Of a DNA stretch of 64,000 nucleotides, positions 57,356 through 64,000 are shown in pieces (the first letter of the stretch is position 1; each line of letters starts with the position of its first letter). The position numbers were made by a program, and so were the translations under genes. Source of the stretch: Actinomycetes bacterium (lineage in GTDB: Bacteria > Planctomycetota > Phycisphaerae > JAACET01); contig JAUXAG010000006.1 in NCBI GenBank assembly GCA_030614915.1, positions 1,263-65,262 on the forward strand, written 5' to 3'. A model generated the notes under the pieces. The model saw only the letters and a program-made list of their open reading frames with translations. It was not told the DNA's origin and made no database searches.

Positions 57356-57757
57356 CTAGCGGACCCCCGGCAGCACCAGGACCTGGAACTTGCGCGAGCG
57401 GGGCCCATCGAACTCACAGAAGTAAATGCCTTGCCAGGTACCCAGGACTAACTTGCCGGTCTGAACCGCTACGCTCACGGACGAACCCACCAGCGAGGCC
57501 TTGCAGTGAGCGTCCGAATTGCCCTCGCTGTGCCGGTAGTTCCCGTGTTGGGGTACTAAGCGTTCCAGGTTCTCCAGCAGGTCAGCTACCACCGAGGGGT
57601 CTGCATTTTCATTGATGGTCACCCCGGCTGTGGTATGGGGAACGAAAATCATGGCCAAGCCATTTTCCAACCCGCAGTCCTGAATCGCCTTTTGAACCTC
57701 CCCGGTGATATCCACCAACTCACAGCGACCGTGGGTGCGAAGCGTTATACTCTTCAT
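57356..57757 (-). CDS. YjbQ/UPF0047 family protein (secondary thiamine-phosphate synthase-like)
   Basis: ITLRTHGRCELVDITGEV...GLAMIFVPHTTAGVTINENADP...GTWQGIYFCEFDGPR conserved pattern. Confidence 0.8.
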   Translation of the reverse strand: MKSITLRTHGRCELVDITGEVQKAIQDCGLENGLAMIFVPHTTAGVTINENADPSVVADLLENLERLVPQHGNYRHSEGNSDAHCKASLVGSSVSVAVQTGKLVLGTWQGIYFCEFDGPRSRKFQVLVLPGVR

Positions 57758-57839
57758 TGCTTATTTGCCTGGCCTTGCGCTTTTGAATCCTGACATCCTG
57801 ACCCTTGAGCCTTGCTGTTGGTTATGTTAGCTTGGGGGT

Positions 57840-58763
57840 ATGGTTCAAAGCAAGCAAGAACTGCGGGATTTACTCGACAGGGCCCGGATAGAGCTTCGCT
57901 CCAATCTGGGCCAAAACTTCCTCATCGACCAGAACCTCATGCACCTGCTGGTCAACAGGGCCAACCTCCAGCCGGACGACACCGTCCTGGAGGTCGGCGC
58001 CGCCACCGGGTCACTGACCGAGCTTCTCTCCGAGCAATCCGGAGCCGTCGTGGCTGTGGAGATTGACCGGCGGCTCATGGAAATTGCCAAGCAAAAGCTA
58101 AGCGGCCGGGACAACGTGGACCTGCTCTGTCGTGATGCCTTATTCGAGTCCAAGCTGGACATGACTGTGGCCCTGAGGCTGACCGACAATCTGGCAAGGC
58201 TCGGCGGACGGTTGTTGCTGGTGGCCAATTTGCCCTACAAGCTGGCCAGCCGTCTGCTCATGGAGTGTATCTGCGGGGAATTGCCTTTCACCCAGTTGTA
58301 TTTTACGGTGCAACGCGAAGTGGCCGAACGCATACTTGCCCCCCCCGGAACCAAAACCTATGGCCTGTTGAGCATTGTTTTCCAGGCGTCCGGACGCGTA
58401 AAACGCTTGCGCAAATTACCGCCCTCGGTGTTTTGGCCCCAGCCGGAGGTAGACTCGGCCATGCTGGCCTGGGCCCGGGCCAGCGAAAATACCCCCACTG
58501 TTCTTTCCGGCAGGGGAACCATGGGCTCGAACTTACCTCTGGCCATCGACGATTTGATTACCCTCAAGGAAGTCGTCAAGGTATTGCTCCACTACCGCCG
58601 CAAGAAGATAAGTTCGTGTATTGCTCTTAAGCAGGAATCTCCCCTGCGGGTAACCGATCTGAACCGGGCCTTGGCACTTACCGATATCGACCCCAATCTT
58701 CGCGGCGAGCAGCTTTCTCCCGAGCAATACGTAGCCCTGGCCCAAGCCGTCAACATGCACTAA
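57840..58763 (+). CDS. rsmA: 16S rRNA (adenine1518/1519-N6)-dimethyltransferase
   Basis: LGQNFLIDQNL...VLEVGAATGSLTE SAM motif. LVANLPY motif. Confidence 0.9.
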   Translation: MVQSKQELRDLLDRARIELRSNLGQNFLIDQNLMHLLVNRANLQPDDTVLEVGAATGSLTELLSEQSGAVVAVEIDRRLMEIAKQKLSGRDNVDLLCRDALFESKLDMTVALRLTDNLARLGGRLLLVANLPYKLASRLLMECICGELPFTQLYFTVQREVAERILAPPGTKTYGLLSIVFQASGRVKRLRKLPPSVFWPQPEVDSAMLAWARASENTPTVLSGRGTMGSNLPLAIDDLITLKEVVKVLLHYRRKKISSCIALKQESPLRVTDLNRALALTDIDPNLRGEQLSPEQYVALAQAVNMH

Positions 58764-58821
58764 GAGCCTATCCGAAAACCGGCGCTACTGCGGCCCGTTT
58801 TCGGATAGGCTCTAAAGTTTT
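58764..58821. terminator. Bidirectional intrinsic terminator between convergent rsmA and rubrerythrin genes
   Basis: 16-bp perfect stem gagcctatccgaaaac (58764-58779) / gttttcggataggctc (58797-58812), then T-run 58817-58821. A-run on the other side. Confidence 0.7.
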
Positions 58822-58849
58822 TCACAGAGCGCTCAATACCGCGCCGATT

Positions 58850-59422
58850 TCAATAATTCTCGCACCACAGCTCAAAGTATTTCTGCTCGTGATCGCACAC
58901 CGGGCAGCGAGCCGGGGCTTCTGTAGCCTCTAACACGTGGCCGCAATTACGACACTTCCAATAAACCTTTCCGTCCTTCTTGAAGACGCTGCCTGCGGCT
59001 ACATTGGCCGCCAGCTTGTTGTAGCGGTGTTCGTGGTAGGCTTCCACCTTAGCCACTTGCCGGAAGGTGTTGGCAATCTCCGTGAACCCTTCCTTTTGGG
59101 CCACGTCGCCCGCATTGGGGTAGAGCATGGTAGTCTCCAGGTGCTCACCAGCCGCGGCGGCCTTGAGGTTTTCAAGGGTCTTACCTATCACCCCCGCGGG
59201 ATACTCAGCGGTGATCTGCACATCACCACCTTGAAGATACTTGAAAAACAGCTCACCATGTTCCTTCTCGTTGGCAGCTGTCTCCTCGAAGATCCCCGCA
59301 ATCTGCTCGTAGCCTTCTTTGCGAGCCCGGCCGGCGAAAAACGTATAGCGGTTGCGGGCCTGACTCTCACCGGCAAAAGAGGCCAAAAGATTGTGTTCGG
59401 TTTTGCTTCCTTTCAGTTCCAT
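58850..59422 (-). CDS. Rubrerythrin
   Basis: Di-iron ferritin-like motifs (E..EH pairs). C-terminal rubredoxin CxxC...CPVC. Confidence 0.9.
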   Translation of the reverse strand: MELKGSKTEHNLLASFAGESQARNRYTFFAGRARKEGYEQIAGIFEETAANEKEHGELFFKYLQGGDVQITAEYPAGVIGKTLENLKAAAAGEHLETTMLYPNAGDVAQKEGFTEIANTFRQVAKVEAYHEHRYNKLAANVAAGSVFKKDGKVYWKCRNCGHVLEATEAPARCPVCDHEQKYFELWCENY

Positions 59423-59592
59423 TGTACCTGCTCCTTATTGCAAGAACCCATGTTTACCAGTGGATGCCGGGATCGACTTGGTCCGGCTCTTAGCCATTCG
59501 AGGTTCAAGTCGGATTCAAGCTGAAACCTTCCCGACAGTTGTTTTATCCTAGGCTCGGATCCTTCAAAGTCAAGCATGGGCATGCAAATAAC

Positions 59593-59739
59593 CCACTCGT
59601 TTATTGAAATCCGCTGCCCAGAGCCATAAGGGTTGCTATATAAGCCTTACTTCGATATCCGGAGGATGGGCACTCGTTTATTGAACTTCGCTGCCCAAAA
59701 CCGTAATGGTTACTATATAAGCATTATTTCTATATCCGG
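59593..59739 (+). repeat. Tandem 77-bp direct duplication (2 units, ~85% identity) upstream of the large repeat-protein gene, each unit carrying an ECF-promoter-like motif
   Basis: Unit 1 59593-59662: ccactcgtttattgaaatccgctgcccagagccataagggttgctatataagcc... Unit 2 59670-59739: gcactcgtttattgaacttcgctgcccaaaaccgtaatggttactatataagca... Unit 2 has TGAAC-N15-CGTA. Confidence 0.7.
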
Positions 59740-59850
59740 CCCGGCAAGAAATACTTGGCCAAACCGGGAACCAAATGGGTATCCTGAGCGTCAGTTAGAA
59801 TGGGGACGGTGCAACGTAGCAGTTCATTTTTTCATGGGAGGACCGTAACG

Positions 59851-62800
59851 ATGAAACGCGTAAGAAAATCACTTATGGCGATTGTCCTAGCCGGAGTGGT
59901 CTGTTTAGCCCTGTTTGTCAGCCTTTGGCTGATCGCTAGCAGTGTAGATGACAAGGACAAGGACCGTGGCTGGGTAACAAAATGGCATGGGAAGGAAACG
60001 GAGACCGTTAGTATCGCTGACATGGCAGGTGGCAGTATTGGTGTCGGCCTTGTCAAAGAAGAAAACGGCGTTGTCGAGATTGACATATATGATACTTACT
60101 ACGACGCCTACGAGTGCAGAATTATTGCCATAAGCAAGTGGCGGGGAAAGACTTATACTGGTAAGCTAACAAGTGAAATAAAACCTGATAAGGGGGCAAG
60201 GTTTAATAAGGCAAAATTTGAAGATATAAGCCTTAAGAAAATCAAAGAGTTTAGGTTTCAAATTAGGCCGCAAAGCGACCGCCCGACGCAGCCTGGTATT
60301 GCCTGGGGGCAACCTGTCGGAGGTGTCCAACTAGGCATCGATTTTGATCTTGGTGATCGGCAGTATCGTACTGGGGAATTGGTCACCTTCAAAGTCTACG
60401 TTCGCAATACCGGGGACAAAGAGGTCAAGTTCATACACTATGTACCGGTGGGCGATCCGGCTCGGGAGAGAGTGTACCTCTTAGCGTGGTCTCCCAGCAT
60501 CACAGATGTCACGGGTAAGCGTTTGCCTCTTTTTGACCCTCTGCGGAACTTTCATGCTCAGCGACGTCAGCTAAGGCTGCCGCCCGGCACGACAAGCCTT
60601 GTTGGGATTGTGTCTCTGCAACTCACCTCGCGTCTAGACGAGCGTCCAGACGAGAAATCGAGCGATCCACATATCTATCTTGAGCCCGGCCAATATCGGG
60701 TGAGCCAAACTTATCGGTTTGATGAGGCACCCGAGGCCACATGGCACGGCGAGTTAACCACTGGAGAACTGAGACTATCCGTACAATATGAGCAGCCCGC
60801 CACGCAGCCGGGGGAAGAATGGGGTAGGCCGGTCCAAGGCGTGCGATCCCGCCTGCACGCCGCGAAACCTATCTGGAAGGTCGGTGAAATTCCGGCCTTA
60901 ATCCTGGAGGTCCAGAATCAGAGCGAAATGCCATGGGCTGTTCGTCCACCTGAGGCCGAGGGAAGGCCGCAGGTCCAAGTTGACGGAGTGTGGTACGAGC
61001 GGACGAGGTCGGAGTTCAGCGGGTACAGGAGGGGTATGGTTACGCGCGTTCAGCCCGGCGGAACGTCCCAGGAGATCAACCTAGTGCTCAACAACGCCTG
61101 GCGTTCGCGCAAGGACGGTCAGCGTTTGAGCCTATTCCCCGGCAAACACCTGATCCGGGCGACGTTTAAGGCAGATCAGTTTCCTCCGGGCGAAGACGCT
61201 GGCAAGTCGCCTATTCTAATAACAGGTGCGGACCAAGTACAAGTGGTGAGCAACCCGCTCGAGATCGAAATCCTCGCGGACGGTTGGGACCCCACTCAGG
61301 CCATTCTGGCCATCAACCACTGGGATGGGCTGCGCAGACTGCTTTCCGAAGTGGACCCGGAACGATTGCAGCAGCGATATGCCCAGATGGTTACTCATGA
61401 CAACGTGCTGAAAAATGCCCTCCAGGGTCTTCGCCACACCAGTTGGTATGAGACACATTCTCGAACAGGCCCAAACATTCTTGAGGAACTGCGTAGGGTT
61501 ATCCAAGTCCGTCCGGGTCCGAGAACAGGTCTTCTCACTATCACCGTCACCGGGTCGGACAAGGACGAACTTGCCGAAATCGCCAACGTCATTGCCCAGG
61601 CGGCGGTGGACAATGCCGTAGTTCCAGACGTCCCTGAGTTTCGCCAGGAGATAGAGCGCCTGCAGCAAGAACTGAAGACTCTTGAAACTAGGGTTAAATC
61701 TGCTGAGGACAGCGACCGGAAGGCAGCAAAGGAACAGATTTGTGAGCTTAGAATCCAACTGCTGCCCCTCATGCTGTTTCTCCATAGGCGTCCATTTAGC
61801 ATTCGGCTGCCAGCGGCGCCTCATCTAGCTAACCCAACTTCCATCTCGCTTGAGCATGCGCAGTCCGCTAGCGCGATGAGCAATCCCGTTGACATCGAAA
61901 TCCAGCCCGCCACGCAGTCGGAGTCGAATTGGCTCAGGCGTATCAAAAAGCCGGAAGATCGAGGCACCCTCCAGGACATTTATGAACAAATCAGACAGCC
62001 CCAGAGGCGTAGCAAGGTGGATGAACTCTGGGTAGTTCCAGGCGGACCCCATATCCTTGAATTCCACAGAGAAGGTCGTCTCGATCAATGGCTCGACGCC
62101 CTGGCGATCAAGAAACTGAAGGGTTTCTCCAGCGAAGACGACGTTTGGCTGCTGTTTCGCAGCAAGCAGTTGAACGACAACGATCGCATGTGGATTGAGC
62201 GTATCGAGAAAAAGGCAGACCAGATTGTCGTGTTAACACACCGGGCCCTCTGGCGAGGCGAATATAAGAAAAATGCAACCTGGTATCCGATATTCGGGGT
62301 CAATCTTGGCAAGCTGCCCGCCGGGAACTATCGAGCGAACTGGACAATCCTGCCGTATCATTTCACTGAGTTCGACGCGAAGGGTTGGCCTAGGGGCGCA
62401 AAGTTGACCGAAGAGAAGCCCACAGAGCTGAACGCGGCGTTCACTGTGGAACCGTCACCCGGAGCGGCCGCGCAGGCGGACGAAGAGTGGGGCAAGCCCG
62501 TCGAGGGCGTGCAAGTAAGGTTGCGAGCCGACAAGAAGGTTTGGAAGGCAGGTGAATTTCCAATTGTCAAGGCCGACGTTCGCAATACAGGACGCCGGGA
62601 TCTCTATTTACCATATTGCTACTTCCAAGCCGAGGTCGAAGTAGATGGCAGTTTGTATCGACACACTGGTCCTTCAAATATTCTTAGGCCCGACCATGGT
62701 CCATACGTCAAGCATCGTGAAGATATAGAAATTTATCTTTATCTGCGTTGTTGGACAGCTGTTAATAATCTTCGTCAGGAGCTTCGACTCAAACCGGGTC

Positions 62801-63417
62801 GGAATATGATCCGAGTTGCCTTCTACGCTGAGCCGGATAATGGTCAGCGCATCCGCGTTGTCAGCAACCCCGTCGAGATCGAAATCCAACCCGCTACGCA
62901 GCCGGCGGAAGAGAAGGACAAGTTAGTTTGGGGGGTTGTTGGCGATGGTATCCAATGTGCCGTTCGCCCTGTGAAGCCATCATTTGCACCCAACGAAGAC
63001 ATTGTTGCGGATGTTATGTATCAGAATGTATCGAACGATACGATTACAGTGTGTGTCTACCCTGACCCTTATTACACTTGGCTGCATTTGTACGTAAGAG
63101 ACCCGGTGAACGGTATGATAGTGATGGTCGGACAGCATGCAAACGGGATTCGCCGCCCCTTAAGACTGTCGGATTTCGTAAGACTTCGGCCAGGCCAGAC
63201 GGCTTCATTTCGCCAAGTTATAGCTCACAGTAAGAAGAGCCAGCCTGAGCCCGGCAGCTACTTTTTGCAGGCTGAGATCAACAAGATCAACCGGATGGAC
63301 GTACACCTTCTCGGGCTTGAAGAGTTTTGCAAGACGAATGGTATCCCCAAGCCCTGGTGCAGGGGGATTGAAAGCGGCAAGACCCCTGTAATGATCGCCA
63401 CGCAGCCGCCGGAATAA
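59851..63417 (+). CDS. Large membrane-anchored repeat protein (1188 aa): N-terminal TM, four ~150-aa beta-rich modules joined by (E/Q)PATQP linkers, central Wzz/PCP-like segment + coiled coil + second hydrophobic helix
   Basis: Start MKRVRK with GGAGG RBS 8 nt upstream. Modules begin PTQPGIAWGQPVGGVQLGI / ATQPGEEWGRPVQGVRSRLHA / AAQADEEWGKPVEGVQVRLRA / ATQPAEEKDKLVWGVVGDGIQCAV and end VVSNP(L/V)(E/D)IEI. Central ...LLTITVTGSDKDELAEIANVIAQAAVDNAVVPDVPEFRQEIERLQQELKTLE resembles the chain-length-determinant fold. Confidence 0.8.
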   Translation: MKRVRKSLMAIVLAGVVCLALFVSLWLIASSVDDKDKDRGWVTKWHGKETETVSIADMAGGSIGVGLVKEENGVVEIDIYDTYYDAYECRIIAISKWRGKTYTGKLTSEIKPDKGARFNKAKFEDISLKKIKEFRFQIRPQSDRPTQPGIAWGQPVGGVQLGIDFDLGDRQYRTGELVTFKVYVRNTGDKEVKFIHYVPVGDPARERVYLLAWSPSITDVTGKRLPLFDPLRNFHAQRRQLRLPPGTTSLVGIVSLQLTSRLDERPDEKSSDPHIYLEPGQYRVSQTYRFDEAPEATWHGELTTGELRLSVQYEQPATQPGEEWGRPVQGVRSRLHAAKPIWKVGEIPALILEVQNQSEMPWAVRPPEAEGRPQVQVDGVWYERTRSEFSGYRRGMVTRVQPGGTSQEINLVLNNAWRSRKDGQRLSLFPGKHLIRATFKADQFPPGEDAGKSPILITGADQVQVVSNPLEIEILADGWDPTQAILAINHWDGLRRLLSEVDPERLQQRYAQMVTHDNVLKNALQGLRHTSWYETHSRTGPNILEELRRVIQVRPGPRTGLLTITVTGSDKDELAEIANVIAQAAVDNAVVPDVPEFRQEIERLQQELKTLETRVKSAEDSDRKAAKEQICELRIQLLPLMLFLHRRPFSIRLPAAPHLANPTSISLEHAQSASAMSNPVDIEIQPATQSESNWLRRIKKPEDRGTLQDIYEQIRQPQRRSKVDELWVVPGGPHILEFHREGRLDQWLDALAIKKLKGFSSEDDVWLLFRSKQLNDNDRMWIERIEKKADQIVVLTHRALWRGEYKKNATWYPIFGVNLGKLPAGNYRANWTILPYHFTEFDAKGWPRGAKLTEEKPTELNAAFTVEPSPGAAAQADEEWGKPVEGVQVRLRADKKVWKAGEFPIVKADVRNTGRRDLYLPYCYFQAEVEVDGSLYRHTGPSNILRPDHGPYVKHREDIEIYLYLRCWTAVNNLRQELRLKPGRNMIRVAFYAEPDNGQRIRVVSNPVEIEIQPATQPAEEKDKLVWGVVGDGIQCAVRPVKPSFAPNEDIVADVMYQNVSNDTITVCVYPDPYYTWLHLYVRDPVNGMIVMVGQHANGIRRPLRLSDFVRLRPGQTASFRQVIAHSKKSQPEPGSYFLQAEINKINRMDVHLLGLEEFCKTNGIPKPWCRGIESGKTPVMIATQPPE

Positions 63418-63567
63418 ATCTGCGGATAAAACAGATTTTTTCTGAACTTTTTGTGTTCGAGGCGCCACATAAGAATAGATTCAGGGCTATTTGTCCGGAT
63501 CGAATTAGCGGATGGATGAGTTATCGAGCCGATCGAACGGTTATACCAGGAGCAAGGCCCGGCCATA

Positions 63568-63990
63568 TTGGGATACCTCCGACGCCTTGTTGGAGACTGC
63601 CAATTGGCCCAGGACCTCTTGCAGGAAACATTCATCCAGGCCATCCGATCCAAAGCTAAGCTCGCCGACGTGTCTTCCCCCCGTGCCTGGCTATTTGCTG
63701 TAGCCCGAAATATTGCCATGAACACCATTCGCCGCAGCCCACCGCTTGTTTCATTGCCGGCGAACCTTTCGCAAGATTGTCCCCAGCCGGACCCTAGAAT
63801 CGAACGAATGCGACAAGCCATAACCAAATTGCCGATTGCGCAACAGGAAACGCTCGAACTCAGACTAACTCAGGAGCTTTCTTATCAGGAAATCGCGACC
63901 GTGCTGGAGATTCCCCTCGGCACGGTCCGCTCGCGGCTGCATAATGCCGTGGGCCGCTTGCGCCAAGTTATGCAAAAGGCAGGCGAGTAA
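63568..63990 (+). CDS. ECF (sigma-70 family, group IV) RNA polymerase sigma factor; N-terminal boundary anomalous
   Basis: Region 2 ...LLQETFIQAIRS...AWLFAVARN. Region 4 HTH ...LSYQEIATVLEIPLGTVRSRLHNA. In-frame sigma-like residues (IEPIERLYQEQGPAI) continue upstream of the first canonical start (TTG 63568) back to a TGA. Confidence 0.75.
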   Translation: MGYLRRLVGDCQLAQDLLQETFIQAIRSKAKLADVSSPRAWLFAVARNIAMNTIRRSPPLVSLPANLSQDCPQPDPRIERMRQAITKLPIAQQETLELRLTQELSYQEIATVLEIPLGTVRSRLHNAVGRLRQVMQKAGE

Positions 63991-64000
63991 ATGTCCCAGA

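Noticed and set aside
59593-59739. CRISPR array
   Set aside because: There are only two copies of a 77-bp unit, with the spacer equivalent conserved too. It is a tandem duplication, not repeat-spacer architecture, and there are no cas genes.
1-64000. Mobile elements / prophage
   Set aside because: I found no integrase, transposase, terminal inverted repeats or phage structural genes. The tRNA-Arg at 17587-17661 has no adjacent integrase or direct-repeat att sites that I could see.

Overview
This 64-kb window is high-GC (about 58-60% by eye) and gene-dense, with roughly 50 protein-coding genes, one tRNA-Arg(CCT), and no rRNA, CRISPR array, transposase or integrase that I can support. The gene content suggests a PVC-superphylum (Planctomycetota-like) chromosome, but that is an inference: BlaI/BlaR1-like pairs with exotic sensor domains, an ECF sigma factor, HTH-plus-atypical-receiver regulators, a large secretin, and BamD/LptE-like lipoproteins. 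The housekeeping backbone includes recO, ftsH, lpdA-lipA, a Firmicutes-like tmk-holB-ricT-metG block, mutL, rsmA and rubrerythrin. It also includes an aspartate-family cluster (thrC ... lysC, a cofactor-independent phosphoglycerate-mutase-like gene, hom), a tungstate/molybdate ABC transporter (tupABC-like) followed by moaC, and three CNNM/CorC-type DUF21-CBS genes. Accessory-looking loci are as follows. (i) A secreted VIT-vWA protein and a DUF4139 protein, each followed by the same conserved hairpin motif. (ii) A blaI/blaR1-like pair with an operator-like dyad, where the BlaR1 homolog carries LamG lectin-type sensor domains instead of a beta-lactam sensor. (iii) A basic Arg/Asp-repeat protein next to a highly acidic DUF2007 protein. 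(iv) An orphan module on the minus strand made of an ABC exporter, a secretin with a ~300-aa C-terminal extension, and a small lipoprotein, with no T2SS/T4P partners in the window. (v) A 1188-aa membrane protein built from four ~150-aa repeat modules joined by (E/Q)PATQP linkers, with a central Wzz-like/coiled-coil segment, preceded by a tandem 77-bp duplication carrying ECF-promoter-like motifs and followed by an ECF sigma-factor gene whose start looks anomalous. I also note recurring CCTCAGG/CTTGAGG heptamer arrays in intercistronic regions, a G-tract-rich ~450-bp non-coding stretch, a 1.1-kb gene-free region, and a short SDR gene remnant. ORF-track frames that are antisense to clearly conserved genes are rejected. 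The real 5' gene (positions 1-1322, minus strand) lies in a different frame from the one in the track. All calls rest on motifs recognised by eye; no database searches were run.
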